Positions 13,101-26,600 of a DNA stretch of 64,000 bases are shown here, piece by piece. The DNA comes from Lama guanicoe. Its lineage: Eukaryota. A program made the position numbers and the translations under genes. The stretch is taken from positions 203,822-267,821 of the forward strand of contig MU053444.1 in the NCBI GenBank assembly GCA_013239625.1, in the 5' to 3' direction. The notes under the pieces were generated by a model. The model did no database searches, was not told the DNA's origin, and saw only the letters and a list, made by a program, of their open reading frames with translations. Numbering within the stretch: the stretch's first letter is position 1; each line of letters starts with the position of its first letter.

Positions 13101-16100
13101 GGAGCTTGTACCACCTCATATATATGAATAGAGTGGTTTTTGCAACTGAACAGAAACTTTGTGTTCCATTCAAGCTAGGTGAAAGACGGCTTTCACGCAC
13201 ACTTATCTTTCACAACTGAGCATGTGGAGAGGCGTTCATTCATCCAGCCAAAGGGAACGGGTTGCAGGAGAAACACTTACTCTGGTTTCTCAGTCTGTTT
13301 CCTAGTGCCGGTTTGAAGTGCCTGCCGTTTTCACTTTAAAACCAAGTTGGAGCTTGTACCTCCCCATATATATGTATGTAGTGGAGTTTGCAACCGAAAA
13401 GAAACTTTGTGTTCTCTTCAAGTTAGGTGAAGGACAGCTTTCAGTCACAATTATCTCTCAGAACTGAGCATCTGGAGAGATATTCGTTCATCCAGCAAAA
13501 AGGGAACGGGTTGCAGGTGTAACACTTACTCTGGTTTCTCAGTCTGGTTCGTAGCGCCGGTTTGAAGTTCCTGCCGTTTTCACTTTAAAACCAAGTTGGA
13601 GCTTGAACCTCCCCATATATATGTATGGAGTGGAGTTGCAACTGAAAAGAAAATTTGTGTTCCCTTCAAGATTGTTGAAGGACGGCTTTCACACACAATT
13701 ATCTCTCACAACTGAGCATGTGGAGATACGTTGTTTCATCCAGCAGAAAAGGAACGGGTTGCAGGAGAAACAGTTACTCTGGTTTCTCAGTTTGTTTCCT
13801 AGCGCCAGTTTGAAGTTCCTGCCGTTTTCACTGTAAAACCATGTTGGAGCTTGAACCTCCCCATATATATGTATGGATTGGAGTTGGCTACTGAAAAGAA
13901 AATTTGTGTTCCCTTCAAGATTGTTGAAGGACGGCTTTCACACACACTTATCCCTCAGAAATGAGCATGTGGAGAGACGTTCATTCATACAGCACAAAGG
14001 GAACGGTTTGCAGGTGGAACAAGTACTCTGATTTCTCAGTGTGGTTCCTAGAGCCTGTCTAAAGTTCCTGCCGTTTTCACTGTAAAACCGATTTGGTGAT
14101 TGTACCTCCCAATATATATGAATGGATTGGAGTATGCAACTGAAAAAAACGTTGTTTTCCCTTCAAGCTAGGTGAAGGACGGCTTTCATACACACTTATC
14201 TCTCACAACTGAGCATGTGGAGAGACGTTCGTTCATCCATCACAAATGGAACGGGTTGCAGGAGAAACAATTTCTCTGGCTTCTCAGTCTGATTCCTCGT
14301 GCCGGTTCGAAGTTCCTGCCGTTTTCACTGTAAACCCGAGTTTCATCTTGTACCACCAGATATATATGTATGGAGTGGAGTTTGCAAATGAAGAGAAAAT
14401 TTGTGTTCCCTTCAAGCTAAGTGAAAGACGGCTTTCACACACACTTATCTCTGACAACTGAGCATGTGGAGAGGCGTTCCTTCATCCAGCAGAAATGGAA
14501 CGGGTTGGAGGTGAAACACTTATTCTGGTTTCTCAGTCTGGTTCCTAGTGCAGGCTTGAAGTTCCTGCCGTTTTCACTGTAAAACCGATTTGGTGCTTGT
14601 ACCTCCCCATATATATGTATGTAGTGCAGTTTGCAACTGAAAAGAAACTTTGTGTTCCCTTCAAGCTAGGTGAACGACGGCTTTCACACACACTTATATG
14701 TCAGAACTGCTCATGTGGCGAGACGTTCTTTCACACAGCACAACGGGAAAAGTTTGCAGGAGAAACTCTTACGCTGATTTCTCAGTCTGTTTCCTAGTGC
14801 CGGTTTGAAGTTCCTGTCGTTTTCACTGTAAAACCGAGTTGGAGCTTGTACCTCCCCATATATATGTATGGAGTGGAGTTTGCAACTGAAAAGAAACTTT
14901 GTGTTCCCTTCAAGCTAGGTGAAGGACGGCTTTCACACACACTTATCTCTCAGAACTGAGCATGTGGAGAGACGTTCGTTCATCTAGCACAAAGGGAACA
15001 GGTTGCAGGAGAAACACTTACTCTGGTTTCTCAGTATGGTTCCTAGCGCCGGGTTGAAGTTCCTGCCGTTTTCACTGTAAAACCGAGTTGGAGCTTGAAC
15101 CTACCCATATAAATGTATGGAGTGGAGTTTGCAACTGAAAAGAAACTTTGTGTTCCCTTCAAGCTAGGTGAAGGATGGCATTCACACACACTTATCTCTG
15201 AGAAATGAGCATGTGGAGAGACGTTCGTTCATCCAGCACAAACGGAACGGGTTTCAGGAGAAACATTTACTCAGGTCTCTCAGTCTGGTTCCTAGTGCCT
15301 GTTTGAAGTTCCTGCTGTTTTCACTGTAAAACCTAGTTAGAACTTCTACCTCCCGTTATATATGTATGTAGTGGAGATTGCAACTGAAAAAAACTTTCTT
15401 TTCCCTTCAAGCCAACTTAAGAACGGCTTTCACACACACTTATCTCTCAGAACTGAGCATGTAGAGTGAGGATCGTTCATCCAGCACAAAGGGAACGGGT
15501 TGCAGGAGAAACACTTACTCTTGTTTCTCAGTCTGGTTCCTAGTGCCGGTTTGCTGTTCCTGCAATTTTCACTGTAAAACTGAGTTGGAGCTGGTACCTC
15601 CCCATATATATGAATAGAGTGGAGTTTGCAGCTGAAAAGAAACTTTATGTTCCCTTCAAGCTAGGTGAAGGACGGCTTTCACACACACTTATCTCTCAGA
15701 ACTGAGCATGTGGAGAGACGTTCGTTTATCTAGCACACAAGGAACGGGTTGCAGGAGAAACATTTACTCTGGTTTGTCAGTGTGATTCCTAGTGCAAATC
15801 TGCAGTTCCTGCAGATTTCACTATAAAAGCGATTTGGAGCTTGTGCCTCCCCATATATATGAATGTAGTGGAGTTTGCAGTTGAAAAGAATGTTTGTGTT
15901 CCCAACATGTTATGTGAAGTGAGGCTTTCACACACACTTATCTCTCAGAACTGAGCATAGGGAGAGACGTTCGTTCATCTAGCACACAGACACCGGGTTG
16001 CAGGATAAACACTTACTCTATTTTTTCAGTGTGTTTCCTAGTGCCAGTTTGCAGTTCCTGCAGTTTTCACTGTAAAACCGTGTTGGAGCTGGTACTTCCC

Positions 16101-19100
16101 CATATATATGAATATAGTGAAGTTTGCAGCTGAAAAGATACTATGTGTTCCCAACAAGCTGGGTGAAGCTAGGCTTTCACAAACACATTTCTCTCAGAAC
16201 TGAGCATGTGGAGATTCTTTGGTTCTTCTACCAAACAGAAAACAGGTTGCAGGAGAAACACTTACTCTGGTTTCTCAGTGTGTTTACAAGTGCCAATTTG
16301 CAGTTCCTGCCGTTTTCACTGTAAACCCGAGGATGTGGCTTGTATCTCCCCATTTATATGAATACAGCGGATCGTTGCAGCTGAAAAGAAACTTTGTGTT
16401 CCCAACAAGCTAGGTGAAGGACGGCTTTCACGCACACTTATCTCTCAGAACTGAGCATGTGGAGAGACGTTCGATCATCTAGCACACAGGGAACGGGTTG
16501 CAGGTGAAACACTTACTGTTGTTTCTCAGTGTGTTTCCTAGTGCCGGTTTGCATTTCCTGCAGTTTTCAATGTAAAAGCGAGTTGGAGCTTGTTCCTCCC
16601 CATATATATGAATGTAGTGGAGTTTGCAGATTAAAAAAATCTTTGTGTTCCCATCAAGCTAGGTGAATGATGGCTTTCACACACATTTATCTCTCAGAAC
16701 TGAGCATGGAGAGAGTCGTTCGTTCTTCTAGCACACAGGAAACGGGTTGCAGGAGAATCAATTACTCTGGTTTCTCAGTGTGTTTTCCAGTGCCCGTTTG
16801 CAATTCCTGCAGTTTTCACTGTAAAACTGATTTGGAGCTTGTACCTCACCTTATATATGAATGTAGTGGAATTTGCTGCTGAAAAGATCTTTGTGTTCCC
16901 AACAAGCTAGGTGAAGGACGGCTTTCACACACACTTATCTCTCAGAACTGAGCATGGAGAGAGTTGTTCTTTCATCCAGCACACAGGAAACGGGTTGCAG
17001 GAGAATCAATTACTCTGGTTTCTCAGTGTGTTTCCCAGTGCCCGTTTGCAATTCCTGCAGTTTTCACTGTAAAACAGATTTGGAGCTTGTACTTCCCCAT
17101 ATATATGAATGTAGTGGAGTTTGCAGCTGAAAAGAAACTTTGTGTTCCCAACAAGCTACGTGAAGGCGGCTTACACACACAGTTATCTCTCAGAACTGAG
17201 CATGTGAAGAGCCTTTCGTTCACCTATCACAAGGGAACGGTTTGCAGGAGGAACATTTACTCTGGTTTCTTAGTCTGTTTTCTAGTGCCGGTTTGAACTT
17301 CCTGCATTTTTCACTGTTAAATCGATTTGGTGCTAGTTCCTCCCCATATATATGTATGTAGTGGAGTTTCCAACTGAAAAGAAACTTTCTGTTCCCTACA
17401 AGCTATGTGAAAGGCGGCATCACACACACTTAGCTGTCCGAACTGAGCTTGTGAAGAGACGTTCGTTCATTTAGCACAAAGAGAACCATTTGCATGAGAA
17501 ACCCATACTATGTTTTCTCAATATGTTTCCTTGTGCTGGTTTGAAGTCCCTGCAATTTTTACTGTAAAATCGAGGTAGAGCTAGTACCTCCCCGTTTATA
17601 TTTATGTAGTGTTGCTTCCAACTGAAAACAAACTTTGTGTTCCCAACTAGCTAGTGAATGATTGCTTTGAAACACTTATCTCTCAAAACTGAGCATGTGG
17701 GTAACTTTTGTTCATTTAGAATTTTGGAATTTGTTGCTGTGGAAACACTTTTCTGTTTTCTCAGGTATTTGTTAGCTCTGGTTTGAAATTCCTTCAGTTT
17801 TCACTGTAAAACTAAGTTGGATCTAGTACCTCCCCATATATATTTATGTTCTGTGGTTTCCAATTTAAATGGATCTTTGTGTTCCCAACAAGCTAGGTGT
17901 AGGGCGGCTTTCACACACACTTTAATCTCAGATCTGAGCATGTTGAGTGACTTTCGTTCATCTAGGAAAAATGGAACGTTATGCAGGAGAAGCAATTACT
18001 CTGGTTTCTCATTCTGTTTACTAGTGCCGGTTTGAATTTCCTGCACTTTTCACTGTAAATTCGATTTGTAGCTCTTTCCTCCCCATATATATGTATGCAT
18101 TGTAGTTACCAACTTAAAGTAATCTGTGTATTCCCAACAAGCTAAGTTATTGGTCGTTTTTACACTTAACTCTCAGAATTGAGCACATGGAGAGACTTCC
18201 GTTAATCTAACTTAAAGGGAATGTTTTGTAGTAAAAACGCTTAGTCTGGTTTCTCAGTATGTTTCCTTGTGCACGTTTGAATTTCACTCCGTTTTCATTG
18301 TTAATCCTTGTTTGAGCTAATACCTCCCCATATATATTTATGTTGTGTACTTTCCCACTGAAAGAATCTTTGTGTTCCCCAGAATCTAGGTGATTGACGG
18401 TTTCAGACACACTTAACTCTCAGATTTGTGCACGTGGGGAGACTTGTGTTCATCTGGCATAAATGAATGTGTTGCCATAAAATCACTCATTCTGGTTTCT
18501 TAGTATGTTTCCTAGTACCGGTTTGATATTCTTGCAGTTTTTACTGGTAAAATGAATTGGAGCTTGTACCTCCCCTTATATATTTCTTTAGATCATTTAC
18601 CCTATCAAAAGCCAGTGTGTGTTCTGAACAAGCTGTCTGAATGTAGGGTTTCACACATATTCATCTCTCAGATATGATCATGTGCAGAAGCGATTGTTCA
18701 TGAAGCATTAATATAATGTGGAGCAGATTAACACTTGGATTTCTCAGTATGTTTCCTACTGCCGGTTTGAATTTCATGCAGTGTTCTCCGTAAAACAGTG
18801 TTTGTGTGAGTACCTCCCCATATATATTTATGTATTGTATTTGCCTAATCGAAAGAAACTTTGTGTTCCCAACAAGACAGGTGATTGTCATCTTTCACAC
18901 ACATTCAACTCTCAGAATTGATCATGTGGAGAGGCATTCGTTCATCTAAGATTGAAGGAGTGGGGAACAGTAGAAACACTCTGATTTCTCAGTATGTTTC
19001 CTACTGCCGTTTTGAAGTTCATGCAATTTTCACTGTAAAACTGAATTGTAGCTAGTCCTCCCCGTATATATATATGTGGTGTGAATCCCCACTCAAGAGA

Positions 19101-20640
19101 GAATGTTTTTTCCTGACAAAATAGGTAATTCTTTGCTTTCACACACATTCAACTCTCAGAAATTAGCTGTGGAGAAGCATTCGTTCATCTAGCATAAAGG
19201 AAATGGATAGCAGTAGAAAGACTTACTCTGATTTCTTGTATGGTTTCTTAGTGCCGGTATAAAGTTCATGTAATTTTCACTGTAAAACTGAGTTGCAACT
19301 AGTACCTCCCCATATTTATATATGTTTTCTAGTTACCCACCCAAAAGAAACTGTGTCTTCCCAAGAAGCTAAGTGTTTGACGGTTTTCACACACATTCAA
19401 CCCTCAGAATTCAGCATGTCTTGAGGCGTTCTTTTATCCAGCATAAAAGGTAGAGTGAATTGTATTAACACATTCTCTGATTTCTCTGTATGTTTTCAAG
19501 GGCCGGTTTCAATTTAAAATTTGTTTGCTGTGGAAAATACAATTGCAGTGAGTGCTTCCCCTAAAATACGTAAGTAGCGTAGTTCCTCTAGACTAGAAAC
19601 TTTGGCTTTCCAAGAAGTTAGGTGAAGGTCGGCTCCAACTCACATACTGATGTCAGAAGTGACCATGTGCTGAGGCGTTCTATCATTCAGCATTGAAGGT
19701 TATGTGACATACAGAAACACTTACTCTGATTTCTCAGCATGTTTCTCAAAGCCAGTTTCAAAGAAAAGTGGTTTTCAGTTGAAAACCTAGTTGGTGCTAG
19801 TACATCCCCATATATATGAAAGCAGTGTAGTTTCCCCTGGCCAGAGACTCTGGTTTCCCAACAAGCCAGTGAAAGGACGGCTTCCACACGCATACAGACC
19901 TGAAAATATAGCATGTAGAGAGGCATCCTTTCATCCAGCATAAAAGACAGAAGGACTTCTAGAGATACATTCTCTGATTTCTCAGAATGTTTCCTAACGC
20001 GGGTTTCAAGGTGAAAGCCGTTTGCTGTGGATAACCCTGTTGGAGCTTGTGCCTCCCCTTTCATATGTAAGTAGTGTAGATGCTCTAAGACAGAAGCTCT
20101 GCCTTCCCAAAAATCTAGTTTTACAACAGCTTCCACACAGATTGAGATGTGAGAAGCGATCATGTGGAGAGGCGTTCTTTCATACAGCATAAAAGGTAGA
20201 GTGACATGTAGACACACTTACTCTGATTTCTCAGCAAGATTCTTAAAGCCGGTCTCAAGTAAAAGCGGTTTGCAATGGAAAAGAGCCTTGGAGTTTTTGC
20301 CTCCCCTTAGATATGTAACTAGCCTAATTCCCCGTGGCCAGAAACTCTTGGTTTCCAAAAACCTAAGTGAAGGAGGCTGCAACACAGATTCCGTTCCCAA
20401 AATGGTACATGTGGGGACGAATTCCTTTATGTAACGTAAACAGCAAGGCTAAAACTCAAGCACTTACCATGATTTCTCAGCATGTTTCCTAAAGTAGGTT
20501 TTAAGCTAAAAGCATTTTTCGCTCAAAAATCTTATTATAGCTTTTTCCTTCTCTTATAGTTATAGGTTGGGCAGTGCCCCTAACACCAAAATTCTGTGTT
20601 CCAACAGGGTTGGTTAAGGATGGTTTGCACACGCATTCGG
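10118..20640 (+). repeat. ~248-bp tandem satellite, ~42 monomers, homogeneous core and degenerate right edge
   Basis: The CCTAGTGCCGGTTTG motif recurs at 10574, 10822, 11070, 11316, 11565 ... 14797, 15046 (246-249 bp period). Near-consensus monomer at 14797-15045. Last recognisable remnant at ~20595-20640. Confidence 0.98.
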
Positions 20641-23600
20641 TTTTCTCTCCTCCTCACTCTTCTGCTAAGGGAACCATGCAGGTTGTCTATTCTGGAAGCC
20701 AAGGAAATTTTTTTTCATTTAGGATCAGCCTCGGAGAAAAGTGAGACCTGCTTCTGCTTCTTTTCCCTGCTAGATTTCCTCTTGATGCATTTCCAGATCC
20801 TCACGAGTGAGCTCCTGTAACCAAGAAATTATTTCAAAGAAAATGAGCAGGTTTCCATAAGGCCACTACTTCTTTTATATTCTTGCTTTTTAATACCTCT
20901 CTTCCATCTCTTTATCTCCAGGTATCTTATTTCTAAGTCCTTTGGTTGGGGCTGAAGGCTAATCAGCAATAGTGTAGAAATTATTGCTTGATATTACTGA
21001 TCAACTTTCTTTCCATGGATATTTGAATTATCATTGTATTTTAGGGAAGATAATTTCTTTTAAAAAATTCTGGTAAGTGTCTTGTGGGTGACTCTGATTC
21101 TCTTCGTCTAGAAGTATAATGCTTAATTTCTGAATAAGTGGTGTTTTCATAGAGCTCAAATTTCCAAAGATTTGAGTGCCACCACTGTCCCGAAGCCTTT
21201 CAAACTTTTCCTTTGGGGCACTCAGAAGTGCGTGTGTCTCTGTGCTTGTGTGTGTGTGTACTTCTGGACTTAGTTTAGCCTGAATTGAGCAAAGGGATGT
21301 ACCCCCCTTTTTACACAAACAGCAGATGACTTTCACAAATTAATAACTTTTAAAAATACATGACCTGTAATGTTGTAGAATTTTACAAGAGGCAGTGATA
21401 TTCAGGGCTGTCAACAATGGAGACAGAACAGTTGGACAGACAGCAGGTGCTCGTGCTCAGTGGCTGAAGTTACACAACATCCACGGCCTCCTCTGGTTAA
21501 AGAGTTGGTGTTGTCTGCAGGCTTTCAGGGCTGTGCCCCCCTCCCTACCATATATATATATTAGAAAAAGTGGTGAGCCTCAGTATGAGAAACAATAAAG
21601 AATTAGAAGGGGAAATTGAGTTTATTGTTTTTAAAATGAAAAATTAGCATCCAGGTAGTTTAATTTCAGCTCATAATAGACTGATGTGATGACATTGACA
21701 AGGATGCGTAAACACCTGCAAGATTCGGCAGGACCAAAAACTCTGAAGCAGCAATCACCACACAGAACCTTCACTGCTGTCCTTGACAACCTTATTGAAT
21801 TACTTGATTTAAAAAAGACCATAGATGTTAAATGTCATCATTTTGAGAAAGCAGTTCTTTTGAAATCTTATATACTAATGTAACTGAATTGCATAAAGAA
21901 ATGCTAAATGTGTGATAAAGTATCCAAAGAGGTAACTATTACTGAAAACACCACAAATTGAAGATGACCACAGGATAATGTGCATTTATATTTTAATGAT
22001 CTGGAAGAATCAGCTCAGCATTGTATTCAAGACATCTAGAGATGATGTCAAATATGGTTGTCCTTGGATAGCTTTTTGTGAATGTTAGAATGAAGTCAGG
22101 GTCAAGCACTCAAGTTTAGTTTAAAAGCAAAAAGTGAAACAGACTTCTTTTCAAAAAGCTATTGTGTCTGGTTAGAAATCATCGAATCCATAGGTCAAGG
22201 GATGGAAAAAAGCCTAGTGACCACGTGACTGTTTCAGTAGCTGGTAGTAAAATGACAGTTGACAATTGTGTAAATTAGTTATGATATTGATGTCCTACTG
22301 ACCCAATGATTTTTAGTCCATGTGCAAAAAATATATCAAGGAATAAATACTGATTTATGTTTTCTCAGCACTGTTGCCCCCTTCAAGCCTGCATTCTGAT
22401 TGGGAAACTAAGAACTTCTACTGCAGGGAGGAAGATTTTCAAAAAGAGTGTCCCCCAACCGAGAAAATAAAGAAAAAGTAGACGTACACTGTAGAGACAC
22501 AGGGAGATCTGTTGAGCCAGATGACACTTGCTTTACTGTCAATTTCTAGGAGGCGCAGCTTTTTGATGAATTGGGTAACATATTGCTGCCTTTCTCAAGG
22601 TATTGCCCACGGCTCTTGAGAAGGGATGAAGTGGGGTCAAGGTTTTAGCCTCCAAATGCCCTTTGCCATGGATGTTGTCTCTATTTTCCACTTTTAAGCT
22701 TTAGCTTAGACAAGTTGCAGTGTCTTGCCAAGTGAGCTACAGACAGTAAGTGCGTCTTGAAGCACACGGCTCTTTCCTCCTCACTGCATCAGAGAACCTC
22801 TGCATTGGAGCATCCTGAGATGTCATCGGTGGTCATTTTTCATGTTAGGAATCAGTAAGGATGCTATGTCCACATGGATGAGGAGGGTAAGGTTTCAGTC
22901 TCTAAAGTGGTAATGATGGGTTCACCTTTTCACTTAAAGAGCCTCACATCAACAAATGCGGGTCTGTTCTGGACCAAGAAGAAACAAGTGTTTCAAAAAT
23001 AATAGCTTGAAGAGTCAGTGGGACATGTCAGGTATCTTCTTCATGTCTTCAAGTTCGGGTATCAAATATGGGTTTCCTATCCTGAGTGATACCAAAATTT
23101 GTCATGCTCTGTGCCTCATGTATACCGAAGGCTTTCCTAGATAAAATGTCTAGAAATTGTATCATTCTTGATATCTGATTCTTGATATAAACAGGGGAAG
23201 ATGAAGGAATTAAAATTAGTCCCTAATGTGCATTGATTTTTTTAAAGACATCAATTTTATAGAAACTTTTGAAGAATTAAAGTGACAGAAAATTGCAAAG
23301 CACTTTCTCCTTCTGTTAGAAAACTGTTCTGTTTTCCTTTTTTGATGAATGTGACATAGAATCAGTACTAATATTGTTTGTATTGTACTTAGAGTTTACA
23401 ATGTGATTCACAGCTGTTCTCCTATTTCATCTGTGCAATGACCTCTGGAAGAAAAGATTTCCTAGTTATGCTTTTTAATGTCTATTTCTTAACTCTGTCT
23501 AAAACCAGATTGATTGAGCTCCATTTGCTCAATTTAGAAGGCTGGACTGATTAATTGTGGCAGAACATCCCAGGAGGCAGAGGAAAGGAAGAGACAGGGG

Positions 23601-26600
23601 TTCTACATGATGGAAGCTGCTCCTGAAATGATTTGACCAGCAGCCTTGTCCATTTTTTCCAAGGCTGGAAACAAAACACAACCCAAGGCAAGGAAAACAG
23701 GGAGCCCATGTGACTCCAACCTTGGCACGTAGAGTCACGGCTGTCCTCCTGTGTCTTGGAGAAGAGGGTGCTTTGGGTTTCTGTTCTACAATCTCTGTTT
23801 TGCTTTTCCTCCACAGTGTCTTGTTTTACTAGCACATGCTGAAACTTGATTTACATTTCATAGCATTTAAACCAAAATCAGGAAATCTTTATCATTTATT
23901 AACTATTTGGTAAATATTTTTGGTGAATCTTTAACTGTAATATTAGGACTTACCGTGGCAATGTACAACATCTAGTTCCCCAGATAACAGCAGTAGCTTA
24001 CACATACTAAACTTGTATTTCCCTCTTACATAAAGAAGTCAAGCAATCGGTAATGCAGGGCTGGTTTGCATGAAGGCCCCAGGATCAGAGAACCAGATGC
24101 CTGTTATTTTCAGCCCATCAAATTGATGGCAGAAAGTGTCTGCCTGAGGGAGAACCATCAGTTCCACATTCCAGACAGCAGAAAGTAGAGAAGAAAAGTG
24201 CTTCAGTTCCCTTTTGGAATGGTTCTGTAAAGTCCCAGGTAGCTTTCATGCTTTTATCTTGCTTTAGACAGAGGGCTGAGAGACAGCTTGCTATGAGGTA
24301 AGTTCAGCCAAGGACCAGCCATCTCCCTAGAGGGGATGGGAGGGAGGGGGCGGGGAGGCACCGCTCATCCTGCACTTGGTGTAAGGCACCATGATGAGCC
24401 TCCGGGGGCCTCCGCAGTACGTCCGTTGCTTCGGGCTGCACTGATCGGTTGGTAAAGTTTGAGATTTTCACGTAGAGGTGCGTTTATGCTGGAACAATTG
24501 CTCAGTTCATTTAAACTAGTGGCTAGTAGAGCACGTTGGAGAACACATTTGTTCTCACCTTCTAGCCAGGGACCCTCCCGCCAGGTTTCTGTCCTGCTGT
24601 TCATTTCCACATTATTTTCCAAGACTTCCGGAGGAAATGTAAGCAGCCTGATGCTCAATTGCTTTTCTGTGTGATTCCCCCCTTGTTCTTTGAAGGAACA
24701 ACAAATTGCCTAGAGAACAGTGGATGAAATGCCAATCCCCCATTTCTAAAAGGGTCTGAGATTTGGTGTTAGGAAATAGAAGAAATTTCAGAAACACCCT
24801 TAAGAAACATTATTTCTTTCAAATGTGATTTGGAACAACAAAGGACAATATATTTTATAGCACAGCTTTTAAGACAACTGAATTGGCAGTAAGTTCACAT
24901 AATGAAACTTCCAACAAGTCTTTATATTTCTCCTGGAATTTCCTTGGTTCTTGGTGTAAATTTTTAATAATTAATATCAACTTTCTATTCTTTCTCTTCC
25001 TGTAGTTGTAGAATTAATGTGAAAATAGCTCGTTATGTCACTGATAAAGCCTCCTGGTCAGCCTTCTAGCTAAACAGCTTGTGTGCGTTTCAGTGGCAGG
25101 TGTGCTAAATAGTAGTTTTCAAGCACTTGAGGGATGCCCATCACACCGGCACTGCGGGAGCCTATTTCTCACCCACGACCAGCTGAGACCCTCCTTTCTT
25201 CCGCTGCCTCACCCAGGCCCCCGCATTCTGATTCTTTCTCATGACCCATTTTCATCTGTTTCAGCCCTGCACCAGCAGAGGAAGTCTTGGTTTCTCAAAG
25301 ACCAGGAACTAAGTTCTAGGTTTTCTGTTAAAGGACAGTGTATAAAATCAGGCAAATTGATATGTCTTTTGAGGCCTCAGGATCTCTGCATTTAAAACAA
25401 GAACTTGAGTTACAATACTCTTCTCTTCCACTTTTGAAATTCTAAAGCTTCACACAATAGCTTTTTTTAATTGCTAAAATTTTTTCTAGACTATATTTTT
25501 CGAAGATTCATAAATATCTGTTAATTTATATTTAATGATGTTATATTTAAGAAATAGAATAATTATTTACATTTAAATAGGAATTTAAGTCAAGAAATGT
25601 TTGTTACTGAATGTTTACTATGAGTTCAAGTATGTAAGCTTAATTTTTATGGTACTGTCGATAAACCACAAAAGGTGAGAGTTGTTGGTTAAAGTGTATC
25701 TGGGGCAAAGTGTGGACCAGAGCCCAGGTGACAGCATCTCCAAGAGCTCGGAGGAACTGCTCTGAATATGAGGGGGAGCTCAGAATTATATAAGATTTCA
25801 GTTAAGGTGGACGTGCGGTCCAGTACACGTTTAGGCAGAGGCTGCTGCTAGTCGAGGAGCAGGTGTCTCTGTTAATGATTTTAGTGCTTTTCTAGATAGG
25901 AGGATATGCAAGAATTTGGGCTCATAAAGTTTACTGAAAATGTCTAACTATCTGAAGACTTTTCTGCCCATTTTCCCAGAGCACAGAGTGCCCCATTCCT
26001 GATGTCCACACTTAACTACTTTCAGAGGGTGTTGAAGTTCAGCAGCTGCAGTGGTTCATGACTTAACCAAATCAGAGGCAGATGACAAGTGCCAATTTTT
26101 AGTTGACAATATGTATATATTGTAGGAAAAAATGTTACTTTCCAACCCTACCCGTGTTCTAGTTTTAGTTAGAGATCAACGGATACCTGTGTTAGATGAC
26201 TTAGGTCAGACGAGGGGGTGACAGAGTCATCTCATGAGCCAGGCAGTGCTCTATATCAGCCTCCTTGATCACATTCAATTTTCTTTCTCTTCTAACAGCA
26301 TGCTTCTGATTTTATGAAGTTTGGAGCATGTCCTGGGCACATGGGGTCTGGAGGTGGCCGTGTTCCTGTGGTCTTTGTTTATTCTGTGAATTATGGTGTG
26401 AATCTTTATGTGCCCAAGCTTCATCATAATTTCCAACTTAAAGGATTTAAATATGGGAGATGGATGCCAAGTTCTGGGAATAGATTTTCAGGATAACAGC
26501 CAGGATTGGTAAAAAGTAGGGAGAATGGATACAGCCTTCAAAAAAGAAATGCTATTTTACAATTTCTGGCAGATAAATTACAGTGCTTGTTGGGCTTCTA

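Noticed and set aside
19687..20217. 176-aa ORF and other satellite ORFs
   Set aside because: Chance open frames in tandem repeats; the mirror copy is broken into shorter ORFs.
10118..20640. Satellite as a decayed C2H2 zinc-finger array (minus strand has CAGACTGAGAAACC and GTGTGAAAGCC; 249 is close to 3x84)
   Set aside because: No 84-bp periodicity, no CxxC...HxxxH spacing in any translated ORF, and the motifs are in the wrong relative positions.
7420..20640. CRISPR-like array
   Set aside because: Whole monomers repeat with no unique spacers, there are no cas genes, and the context is mammalian.
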